DNA of 64,000 nt from Rhodospirillales bacterium. GTDB taxonomy: Bacteria; Pseudomonadota; Alphaproteobacteria; ATCC43930; CGMCC-115725. The translations under genes were made by a program, and so were the position numbers. Location: assembly GCA_028288725.1 (NCBI GenBank), contig JAQGIC010000101.1:1-64000 (forward strand). The letters are read 5' to 3'. How positions within the stretch are numbered: position 1 is the stretch's first letter; every line of letters begins with the position of its first letter. Positions 1-8,570 of the stretch are shown piece after piece. The notes under the pieces are model-generated. The model was not told the origin of the DNA, ran no database searches, and worked only from the letters and a program-made list of their open reading frames with translations.

Positions 1-864
1 ATGATGGCGCTGGGCGAGTTTCATCGTCAGGGACAGGGCGGCTCGGTCAATTTCGACGAGGCCACCGCCTGGTACCGGGAAGCGGCGCAACGCGGCCATG
101 TCGGCGCCCAAAAGACGTTGGGCCGCATGCATACCGCCGGGCAGGGCGTGCCCAGGGATGCGGTCGAGGCGGCGCGCTGGTTCGGCAAGGCTGCGGCGCA
201 AGGCGATGCCGAGGCGCAGATGGTCGTCGGGGCGATGCATGCCGAGGGTCGCGGCCAGGCGCAGGATCCGGCGGCGGCGCTCGCCTGGTTCCTGCGGGCG
301 GCGGAGCAGGGTGAGCCCGGCGCGCTCTATAACCTGGGGATCGCCTATCTCAGCGGGCTGGGCCTGCCGGTCGATGCCGAGCGGGCGAGCGAGCTCTTCC
401 GAGCGGCCGTCGAGGCCGGTAGCGCCGAGGCCGCCTTCCGTCTGGGCGTGCTGAGCGCCGGTGGGGACGCGGTCGAATCTGCTCGATGGTTTGGGCGGGC
501 CGCCGACTTGGGCAATGCCGACGCGATGTTCAATCTCGGTGTCTGCTATCGCCACGGGACCGGTGTCGAGCGGGATGGCGCACGGGCGCTCGACCTCTAT
601 CGTCAGGCGGCCGAGGCCGGCAGCGTCCCGGCGCAGCTTTGCCTGGGCGACGCCTATGACGAAGGCGCGGGCGTGGCCCAGGACCGTGCCCAGGCGATCG
701 GCTGGTACCGCCGGGCGGCGGCAGCCGGCGATGCGAACGCCCAGTTCAACCTTTGGCGGTTGGCAGCTGACTGCGAGGTGCCGGATGAGCCGCTGAAGTG
801 GCTGAACGCCGCCGCCCGGCAGGGGCACCCTGCCGCGGTCGAAGCGCTGGCGGCGAACTCGTGA
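1..864 (+). CDS. Sel1-like (SLR, TPR-type) repeat protein; possibly 5'-truncated by window edge
   Basis: Tandem ~36-aa units such as AVEAARWFGKAAAQGDAEAQMVVGAMHAEGRG and ARALDLYRQAAEAGSVPAQLCLGDAYDEGAG, typical of Sel1 repeats. ORF is open from nt 1; TGA at 862-864. Confidence 0.85.
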   Translation: MMALGEFHRQGQGGSVNFDEATAWYREAAQRGHVGAQKTLGRMHTAGQGVPRDAVEAARWFGKAAAQGDAEAQMVVGAMHAEGRGQAQDPAAALAWFLRAAEQGEPGALYNLGIAYLSGLGLPVDAERASELFRAAVEAGSAEAAFRLGVLSAGGDAVESARWFGRAADLGNADAMFNLGVCYRHGTGVERDGARALDLYRQAAEAGSVPAQLCLGDAYDEGAGVAQDRAQAIGWYRRAAAAGDANAQFNLWRLAADCEVPDEPLKWLNAAARQGHPAAVEALAANS

Positions 865-872
865 CAGATACG

Positions 873-2528
873 ATGGATTCACCAGCCAACGCCGCGATCT
901 ACTACATCCCCGAGGGCTATTCGACCGACGGCGATCGGCTGATGGGCATCAACGCCGCGTCGGAGGGGTTCGTGCGCGGTTTGGCCCGCCACGCCGACAT
1001 TCCGGCCGCCTATTGCGTCGTGGACGATGGGGCCGCGGCGGAGGCGTTTGCCGGCGTCATCCAGGCCGAGCGGCCGCACTTGCCGGTCAAGGCGCTGCCC
1101 AGCACCACGCCCGCGCTGCTGGCCGAACCCGGCTGCGTCTATCTGCCGGGTCCCGGCCTGTCGGCCTTCGCCTGGCGGCGGCGCCATCTGGATCCTCGGC
1201 AATACAGCCTGTGCGGCATCACTCATACGACGGCGTCCGCCGGGATCATGGACGCCCTGGCGGACTTTCCGATCGCACCGATCCAGCCTTGGGACGCTTT
1301 GATCTGTACCTCGCGTGCCGTGCGCCAGATGGTCGAGACGTTGATCGAGGGGCAGGCGGCCTACCTTGCCGAGCGGTTGGGGGCGACCATGCCGCCTTTG
1401 CCTCATCTGCCGGTGATCCCGCTGGGCGTCGATTGCGACCGCTTCCTCGACGACCAGGCAAGCCGGACCGCCTGGCGCGACCGCCTGGGCATTGCGCCGG
1501 ACGATGTGGCCATCCTGTTCGTCGGTCGGCTCAGCTTCCACGGTAAGGCCCATCCGTTGCCGCTGTTCATCAGCCTGGAAGCCGCGGCGGTGCGCACCGG
1601 ACGTCGGCTGCATCTGATCATGGCCGGCTGGTTCGGCAGCGAGTCGGTCGAAACGGCGTTCAAAGATGCCGCGCGGCAGCTGTGTCCTTCGGTCGACGTG
1701 TTGTTCCTCGACGGGCGAGAGACGGAGGTGCGCACGGCGATCTGGCGTGCGGCCGACATCTTCGCCTCACTTGCCGACAATATTCAGGAAAGCTTCGGTC
1801 TGACCCCGCTCGAGGCCATGGCCGCCGGCTTGCCGGTTGTGGCGAGCGATTGGGATGGCTATCGCGATACGGTGCGGCACGGCACGGATGGGTTCCTGAT
1901 TCAGAGCCTGATGGCGCCGGCGCCGCTCGGCGGCGATCTGGCCGATCGACATGCCAGCGGCTTGACCAACTACGACCGCTACATCGGCGAGGTCGCCCAG
2001 TTCACCGCGCTTGATCTCAACGCCTGTACCGCAGCCTTCACCGCCCTGATCGATGACGCCGACTTGCGTCGCCGCATGGGCGCGGCCGGGCGCGAACGGG
2101 CCCGGCGACGCTTCGACTGGCGGGTCGTGATCGGTCAGTATCAGGCGCTGTGGGCCGAGCTTGGGCACCATCGCGCCGCCGCCGCACCCGTCCCGCCGGT
2201 GCGCGACATAGCGACCATCCGGCCGGCCAGACCGGATCCGTTTCATGCCTTTGCCGGCTATCCGTCGCGGCGTCTCGACGCCATGTCCCTGATCTCGCTC
2301 GTGCCCGGCGGTCGCGAGCGATTGCTGTTGCTGCGCCCCTCGCCGATGATCGCTTTCGCCGAGCCGGTGCTGCCGGCCGAGGACGAAGCGGCGCATATCC
2401 TGATGCTGCTGGAGAAGGGACCCTCGACGGTGGAGAGCCTGATGGCCACATTCCCGCTGCCGCGCCGGGGCATTGCCATGCGCGGCATCGTCTGGCTGGC
2501 AAAGTTCGGCATCGTGGCGATCGTCTGA
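873..2528 (+). CDS. Glycosyltransferase, GT-B fold (GT4-like)
   Basis: C-terminal E-x7-E region ESFGLTPLEAMAAGLPVVASDWDGYRDTVRHGTDGFLI and FVGRLSFHGKAHP. ATG at 873. An in-frame GTG at 861 forms a GTGA overlap with the upstream stop and is an alternative start. Confidence 0.85.
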   Translation: MDSPANAAIYYIPEGYSTDGDRLMGINAASEGFVRGLARHADIPAAYCVVDDGAAAEAFAGVIQAERPHLPVKALPSTTPALLAEPGCVYLPGPGLSAFAWRRRHLDPRQYSLCGITHTTASAGIMDALADFPIAPIQPWDALICTSRAVRQMVETLIEGQAAYLAERLGATMPPLPHLPVIPLGVDCDRFLDDQASRTAWRDRLGIAPDDVAILFVGRLSFHGKAHPLPLFISLEAAAVRTGRRLHLIMAGWFGSESVETAFKDAARQLCPSVDVLFLDGRETEVRTAIWRAADIFASLADNIQESFGLTPLEAMAAGLPVVASDWDGYRDTVRHGTDGFLIQSLMAPAPLGGDLADRHASGLTNYDRYIGEVAQFTALDLNACTAAFTALIDDADLRRRMGAAGRERARRRFDWRVVIGQYQALWAELGHHRAAAAPVPPVRDIATIRPARPDPFHAFAGYPSRRLDAMSLISLVPGGRERLLLLRPSPMIAFAEPVLPAEDEAAHILMLLEKGPSTVESLMATFPLPRRGIAMRGIVWLAKFGIVAIV

Positions 2529-2529
2529 G

Positions 2530-3783
2530 TTAACCCGTCCGGCGATCCGGATGGCGCAACCGGCCCGCGGCGACATCGTCGATCAGGGACAGATAGGCCG
2601 GGAGGGCGACCGCCTTCAGATCATACTGATCGAGGATCGTCTGGCGCGCGTTCAGCCGCAATTGCTGCATCCGGTCGGGATGGCTCAGCACCTCGTCGAT
2701 GCGATCGACCAGGCCCGGACCGTCGAAGAAATCGACCAGCAGACCGTTGTGGCCGTCCTGCAGCACTTCCATCACCGGGGTGGTCGCCGACCCGATGACG
2801 AGACATCCGAGCGCCATCGCCTCCATGAACGACCAGGACAGGACGAACGGGTAGGTCAGATAGACGTGCACTGCCGAGAGCTGCAGCACGTTGATGAACA
2901 GCCCGTGGGAGACCTGACCCAGGAAATGGACCCGGTCGAAATCGATCCGGTCCCCCATCTCGGCCAGCAGCATCTCGCGGTAGGTCGTGCCGGTCGGCGC
3001 CGCGCGGCCATAGCTGACGCCGTCGGCCCCGATGATCAGGACCTGGGCCTTCGGGCGTCGCTTTAGGAGTGCCGGCAGCGCGCGCATGAAGATATGGAAG
3101 CCGCGATAGGGCTCCAGATTGCGGGAGACGAACGTGATCACCTCGTCGCCGGCCGTCAGCTTGGCCCCCGTACGCTGTAATTGGATCCAGGCGTCCGGAT
3201 CGGGCTTGGCGATATCGGTATCGACGCCTTCATGGATGACGCTGATCGCCGGGCGATGATGGGCCGGATACTGCGCTTGCTGCCAGCCGGTCGGCGTCTG
3301 GCCCCAGTCGATTGCTTCGAGCGCGAGCTGGTTGATCGCGTTCTTGGCGCGCAGCCGCGGCCCGTCGATCCAATGGGCCGGATATTCCGGGTCGAAGCCG
3401 ACGTCGGAACCGACCAGATGATAATAAAACTCGCAATAGCCGAGCACCGGGAGGTCCGGCCAGACATCCTTCAGGAAGAGCGTTTCGCCCCAACCGATGT
3501 GGCCGACGATGATATCGGGGCGAAAGCCCTGCGCATCGAGGCCGCGACAGAGCTCGGCGACGCTCAGGCCGTTGCGCGTGGCTTGATCGAATTCGGTCAG
3601 GAACGGATGGACGCCGACGGCAGGCGTTTGATCCGCTTCATAGACCAGCTTGGTGACGCCGCGCATCTCGTTCGTGTTGGCCTGGGTGATGAAGATCACC
3701 CGATTTTGCGGCCGGTCCGCCAAGTGGCGGACGACGTGCTGAAACTGTCCCGGAAAATTCTGATGAATGAACAGGTAGTTCAA
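2530..3783 (-). CDS. Glycosyltransferase, GT-B fold (GT4-like)
   Basis: 417-aa ORF. C-terminal donor-binding half SWSFMEAMALGCLVIGSATTPVMEVLQDGHNGLLVDF; N-terminus MNYLFIHQNFPGQF. Its start overlaps the stop of the upstream methyltransferase by 4 nt. Confidence 0.8.
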   Translation of the reverse strand: MNYLFIHQNFPGQFQHVVRHLADRPQNRVIFITQANTNEMRGVTKLVYEADQTPAVGVHPFLTEFDQATRNGLSVAELCRGLDAQGFRPDIIVGHIGWGETLFLKDVWPDLPVLGYCEFYYHLVGSDVGFDPEYPAHWIDGPRLRAKNAINQLALEAIDWGQTPTGWQQAQYPAHHRPAISVIHEGVDTDIAKPDPDAWIQLQRTGAKLTAGDEVITFVSRNLEPYRGFHIFMRALPALLKRRPKAQVLIIGADGVSYGRAAPTGTTYREMLLAEMGDRIDFDRVHFLGQVSHGLFINVLQLSAVHVYLTYPFVLSWSFMEAMALGCLVIGSATTPVMEVLQDGHNGLLVDFFDGPGLVDRIDEVLSHPDRMQQLRLNARQTILDQYDLKAVALPAYLSLIDDVAAGRLRHPDRRTG

Positions 3784-4379
3784 AACGCGAGCTCGGCCAG
3801 AATCCGGCGATAGACCTCCTGGTTCTGATCCTGCTTGAAGCCGAGGGCCGACAGTTCCAGGTATTCTTTCCGTTTGAGCATGGCGGTTGCGAAGCCCGCC
3901 GTCCGCAGCGCGGTCCCCAGGCTGGTGGCGGTGAAGCCGCTATGGTGGGCCATGAACAGATTGCCGCCGGCGATCGATGCCTCGTGGCCGAAGATCATGT
4001 CATGCGGCGTGATGGCGCCTGCCTGGGATTCGTAAGCGGCCTCGTGCAACTGATCGGCGGCAATCAACTCGGCCACGGCCTGAATGTCGGGGGTCTTCAG
4101 ATAGACAAATCCCTCCGGCTTCAAAACCCGCAGAAATTCGGCCAGGGCCTTCGGTACTTCGAAGCGATAGAGATGTTCGATATTGTGCGATGACCAGAGC
4201 GCATCGATGGAATTGTCGGGCACGCCCGACAGATCCGTTATCGACGCGATCAGATCCGGCCGTACGGCGGGGTCGAGATCGACCCGGACCTCGCGCCAAC
4301 CCTGCGACCGAAACAGCTCGGGCAGGCGCAGGTTGCTTCCCCGCGGGCCGCAGCCGACATTCAACAGTATTTTTTCCAT
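3780..4379 (-). CDS. Class I SAM-dependent methyltransferase
   Basis: Motif I LNVGCGPRG, post-I VDLDP, LRVLKPEGFVYLKTPD. ATG at 4379 (MEKILLNVGCG) chosen because the longer ORF would overlap the upstream gene end at 4393. Confidence 0.8.
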   Translation of the reverse strand: MEKILLNVGCGPRGSNLRLPELFRSQGWREVRVDLDPAVRPDLIASITDLSGVPDNSIDALWSSHNIEHLYRFEVPKALAEFLRVLKPEGFVYLKTPDIQAVAELIAADQLHEAAYESQAGAITPHDMIFGHEASIAGGNLFMAHHSGFTATSLGTALRTAGFATAMLKRKEYLELSALGFKQDQNQEVYRRILAELAF

Positions 4380-4392
4380 GGATGCGGGGCGG

Positions 4393-7300
4393 CTAAGGCT
4401 GACCGATGGACATGGAATTGCTGCCGAGCAGTCCACCGAAGCCGGCGGCGGGCGATTGTGCTCGTTCGGTAATAGTCAGTTGGAAGCGCTCGAGCGGATC
4501 CCTGAACGGTGCCGCGCCGCACACGGCGCCATTGCTGACCGGCCCGATGATCCCCGCGTTGAAGAATGTGCCCTTGTAGTCGCAATCGAACAGATTGGCG
4601 GCCGGCCCCCGCAGGCGGACGACGAAGCCGGTGATCGGCATGCCTTGGCCTTTGGTCCCGCAAGGGATGCCGCCGCTGACCCAAGGCGTCTCCTGGCCGT
4701 TGCCGATGACGGCCTTGTACTCGATGTGCTCCGGCCGGATGTCTTCGACCGGAATGATGGTGAAGGCTTCGATCCAGAGGCGCTGTCCAACCGAGCCGGC
4801 CCAATCGCTACCGCTGAAGGTGACGTCGCCGCGCTGCTGGATATGGGCGATGATCTTGGTCGATAACACCCGCCGCCCGACAGGTCCCTTGATCGCGGTC
4901 GCCGTGTTCGTCGCGTCGGTATCGAGCCGACGGCATTCGATCGGCAGCGGAGTCAGCTCATCGTTGGCACCGCGGAAGGTTGTCACGAGCATGCGGCATT
5001 CGGCGCCCAGTATGCGCAGGACCGTTTTTTCGCCTGTGCTGCCGAGCCAGTTCGGGTTGATCGGGTCGGAGCCCAGAAAATCCGCGCGACACTCCGCCGA
5101 TTGACCCGGGGCCTTGACGATCTGCACCGCCGGCAGCCGGATGCCGCCTTCGAGACGGGACGGGGCGGTGGCGCCAACGGAAAACAGATACAGGCCGGGC
5201 GAAAGTGTCAGGATGAGACTAGTCGATCGTACGGTCGCGGCGCCGGTTTGCATCTGATTGTCCATAGAGGATCCGCCTTCGACTTTCGGTGCAAAATTGT
5301 GCGCGCGACCGCCAGGGGGCGGCGATGCGTCGCGTGATGGGGTGACGGCCGCTTGTACTGTTCGGATTGTTGACTGACCCAAAGCTTTTAGCGATCCGGC
5401 AGGGCGGCGTAAATCGATTCGATCGAGCAGGAAATCGTTGATCGTCCGCTCGTCGCGGGTGACCGGGATCAGCCATCCGCCGGATTGGGTTCGGATGCGC
5501 TCGCCGACCGCACCCAGGTCGAACGCCAGGACAGGCAGGCCCGCGTGCCAGATTTCAGTCAAGCTGTAGGACCAGGTTTCCGGCGTGGCCGACGGCAGGA
5601 ATGCCAGATGGCAGTTCTGAGCGCGGATCAAATCGATAAGTTCGGCTGGCTCGTACCGACCGGTGACGAAGATCCGGCCGGTCTTGAACAGAATGGCATC
5701 ATCCTGGCTATAGCCGATGACGACGAATTCCAGCGGCAGGTCGCGCAGCGCCGCGTCCAGCCCGCAGGCAAGCAGCATCTCGTAGCCCTTCTGCTGCCCG
5801 ATGGCGCCCACGACCGCAACGCGCAGCCTTTCGCCCGGCGCGGGCGCGCGGGTCTGGAAAACCGGATCCGGCAAGGGCTTTTCCCAAGGGCGCGTCTCGT
5901 ACCGGGCATTCGGAATGATTTGCTGAAAGCGCTCCCGGACATCGGCACAGGGCGTGATGACGCGCGCGGCCCCGGCGAAGAGTGCCGTGCTTCGATTTCT
6001 GAGGTCGCCGACCGAGATTTCCTCGTTCAGGCTGCTGCCATTGAGTTCGATACAGCGCTCGCAGGTCGCCGTTTCGGGCATGCCGCAATAGCGGCCTTGC
6101 CCGTCCATCAGCGTGATCCGGGGACAGATCCAGCTGTAGTCGTGCACGATGATTTCATAGGGGACGGCCAGGCGTTTTGAAATCTCGAGTACGACCGCGG
6201 GCAAGTTCAGCGTGTGATGGATCTCGATGTCGCGAACCCGGAGATCGGCCAGGACCGCGACGAACTCGTCAAACTCTTCGGTCAGGTCGAAGATTAGATT
6301 GCTGAATGAATCGTCCGACGGATCGACCAGGACGCAACGCCCGGGATGGCTTTGATCGTTCATATGCGGCTTCAGCACCAGCGCGGGGCGTCCCACCCTC
6401 GCCAGCGCTTCGGCGACATCCTCCACATGGCGCGCGACGCCGCCGCTCAGGTCGAGCGTAATGATCAGGGTTGTATCCGGGGCAGGAACGGCGGTCTGGC
6501 GTCGAGCGAGGTCCAAGCGGCGGCGCGCCGGTAGCAGCGGATCGGCCGCAATGAAGTCGCGGATCCGCCTATCGTAACCGGGATGCAATCGGTTCAGGAT
6601 GCGGCTGTTGCGTTCGACCAGCAGGCGCTTGGCGCTGCCGAACGAACGGCCGCCGAAATGGGTGACGAAGACATCGGTCGCTGCGACATGATGCCAGCCC
6701 AGCAGTCTCGCCCGTTCACAAAAATCATTCTCTTCGCCGTAGCCGCGTCCGAAATGCTCGCTATCGAACGGGCCGACCTCGTTCAGGCAGTCGCGCCGGA
6801 TATACATGCAGAAGCCGACGGCGGTCGGGATATCGATGATCTGGCCGGCGTTGACCATGCGGGCGCGCGTATCCAAAGCGAGGCCCTCGGCAGCGGACGG
6901 AATGGAATTTTCCGCATAGGGTGCCGGATAGCTCAGGATCGAAGCTTCGTTGGAGAACGGCGTCACCGTCGCGATGTCGGGGCGGGCATAGGCCGCCTGG
7001 CGCAGCCGTGTAAGCCAGTCGCCATAAACCAGGGTATCTGAATTCAGCAGCATGACGTCGCGATCGCCATGGAGCGCCAGGCCCACGTTGACGGTCGCCG
7101 GGAAACCCAGGTTCTCGGCATTGCGGTGCAGCAGTATGTCGCCGGCAGCCGACAGTTCGCTGAGGTGTGCGACAAGTGCCTCGTCGGGACTGCAATCATC
7201 GATGACGATGATCTCGCAATCGATCGCCGCGGCACGACGCGCGGCGATTACGGAGGCGATGCACCGGACCGTTTCGTCCCGGCCGCCATAGACCGGAACC

Positions 7301-8367
7301 ACAATATCGATCGCCCTTGGGGCGGGCGCGCTGCCATTGTGCGGCGGCGGGCCGTCGCGGCTCGGATAAGCCTCTACCGGGCCGGCCCAAATCGGGTTGC
7401 CGGTCAACGGTATGGGGAGATCGTTGGGCGGCAGCAGGGCAAAGGCGCGAAGCCGCCGGCCGCGAAGGCCATAGACGTGCGGGGCAAGCGAAAAGCCGTG
7501 GGCCGACCGGCCCGCGCGTTCCTTTTTCGGCAGGTCTGCCGACGAGGTGGCCGATGAAGGAATGCCCTCGGCGGCGAATTCGGCCTCGCCGCCGTAGTCG
7601 TCGAGCAGCCTGACGGTAAGGATCGCGGACGGATGACGCGGTGCCCAGGCAAACCCGGAGAGGAGGCCGTCGTCGAATTCGGCGCTGCCTTCGATATCAG
7701 CCGGTGCCGAACCTGTCAGCGGACTTCCAAGAAGCGGCTTGCCGCCGGCGGTGATGGACAGTTCGTCTGCCGGTCGAAGCCGAAGATCCAGTGCGAAGGA
7801 CCCAGCCCCATCGGCCGTCGTCGTGGGGAGCGATTCGCCAGCCAGGCCCTGCGATTCGCCGCCACGAGACACGCTAAACGTCAGCGGGGGCGCTGCCGCT
7901 GTGGTCCATCCGATGATCCGACCATCCAGCGTTCGGGTCGCCCAGCCGGGAAAATCGGCCGGATGGGTGCGGCAGAGGCGACCGGCGATTTCGCTGATCT
8001 GTGGGTGGTCTTCGACCGAAAAACTGGCGAGTAGGGGGGCCAAAGTTTCCGCGGCCTGCATGGTATCGCCCTGGGCCAACGAGGCACTACAGATGCCGAG
8101 TTCAGCCGTTGGCGTACCGCCGTGCAACGACGCGGTGCGAAAGTGCGAAATCGCCTGGGCGAACAGACCGACGGCCATCAGTACGGTAGCACGGAGAATT
8201 TGAAGGTCGGGATCGGCAGGGGCGAGACGCACGGCCCGATCCGTCATTCTCAAGGCGTCCTGCAGATTTCCTTCCGCCAATGCCGCGATGCTGGCTTCAG
8301 CGAGATAGGCGATCTTGTTGGCCGCTTGCTCCGAGAGGCTCGCAACCTTGGAAATTCCAACTCCCAC
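4393..8367 (-). CDS. Multidomain glycosyltransferase: N-terminal TPR, GT2 (GT-A), GT-B (GT4-like), C-terminal beta-rich domain with ChW-like repeats
   Basis: 1324 aa, GTG start at 8367 preceded by GAGGAAGA. TPR-like helices at res ~15-120. GT2 at res ~352-585 (IVVPVYGG, IIVIDDCSPD, NLGFPATVN, LLNSDT, GEENDFC). GT-B at res ~630-975 (VGAIGQQKGYEML, ETWSYSLTEIWHAGLPVLAFDLGAVGERI). Res ~1040-1324 have no GT motifs. Confidence 0.85.
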   Translation of the reverse strand: MGVGISKVASLSEQAANKIAYLAEASIAALAEGNLQDALRMTDRAVRLAPADPDLQILRATVLMAVGLFAQAISHFRTASLHGGTPTAELGICSASLAQGDTMQAAETLAPLLASFSVEDHPQISEIAGRLCRTHPADFPGWATRTLDGRIIGWTTAAAPPLTFSVSRGGESQGLAGESLPTTTADGAGSFALDLRLRPADELSITAGGKPLLGSPLTGSAPADIEGSAEFDDGLLSGFAWAPRHPSAILTVRLLDDYGGEAEFAAEGIPSSATSSADLPKKERAGRSAHGFSLAPHVYGLRGRRLRAFALLPPNDLPIPLTGNPIWAGPVEAYPSRDGPPPHNGSAPAPRAIDIVVPVYGGRDETVRCIASVIAARRAAAIDCEIIVIDDCSPDEALVAHLSELSAAGDILLHRNAENLGFPATVNVGLALHGDRDVMLLNSDTLVYGDWLTRLRQAAYARPDIATVTPFSNEASILSYPAPYAENSIPSAAEGLALDTRARMVNAGQIIDIPTAVGFCMYIRRDCLNEVGPFDSEHFGRGYGEENDFCERARLLGWHHVAATDVFVTHFGGRSFGSAKRLLVERNSRILNRLHPGYDRRIRDFIAADPLLPARRRLDLARRQTAVPAPDTTLIITLDLSGGVARHVEDVAEALARVGRPALVLKPHMNDQSHPGRCVLVDPSDDSFSNLIFDLTEEFDEFVAVLADLRVRDIEIHHTLNLPAVVLEISKRLAVPYEIIVHDYSWICPRITLMDGQGRYCGMPETATCERCIELNGSSLNEEISVGDLRNRSTALFAGAARVITPCADVRERFQQIIPNARYETRPWEKPLPDPVFQTRAPAPGERLRVAVVGAIGQQKGYEMLLACGLDAALRDLPLEFVVIGYSQDDAILFKTGRIFVTGRYEPAELIDLIRAQNCHLAFLPSATPETWSYSLTEIWHAGLPVLAFDLGAVGERIRTQSGGWLIPVTRDERTINDFLLDRIDLRRPAGSLKALGQSTIRTVQAAVTPSRDASPPPGGRAHNFAPKVEGGSSMDNQMQTGAATVRSTSLILTLSPGLYLFSVGATAPSRLEGGIRLPAVQIVKAPGQSAECRADFLGSDPINPNWLGSTGEKTVLRILGAECRMLVTTFRGANDELTPLPIECRRLDTDATNTATAIKGPVGRRVLSTKIIAHIQQRGDVTFSGSDWAGSVGQRLWIEAFTIIPVEDIRPEHIEYKAVIGNGQETPWVSGGIPCGTKGQGMPITGFVVRLRGPAANLFDCDYKGTFFNAGIIGPVSNGAVCGAAPFRDPLERFQLTITERAQSPAAGFGGLLGSNSMSIGQP

Positions 8368-8507
8368 GACTCTTCCTCGAACGATACGCCCGCGAGACTA
8401 CATGATCTGGTGGGTTGCGACATGCCCGACGCCACCGGGCAATTTGGGACAATGGCCGAATATCTGTCCCGTGAGGGAGGAGAGGTCGCGGGTCCGCGCG
8501 ACCGCGC

Positions 8508-8551
8508 AAATAAAAATCCCGCAAGCCTGCTGCACGCAAGCTTGCGGGATT
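8508..8551 (-). terminator. Rho-independent terminator downstream of the repeat-protein gene
   Basis: On the minus strand a 12-bp perfect stem AATCCCGCAAGC / GCTTGCGGGATT (8540-8551 / 8515-8526) with a 13-nt loop, followed by TTTTTATTT. It starts 20 nt after the stop at 8571. A second GC hairpin (GGTCGCG ggtc CGCGACC) follows at ~8485-8502. Confidence 0.8.
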
Positions 8552-8570
8552 GTTCGTTTCGATCCGGTTA

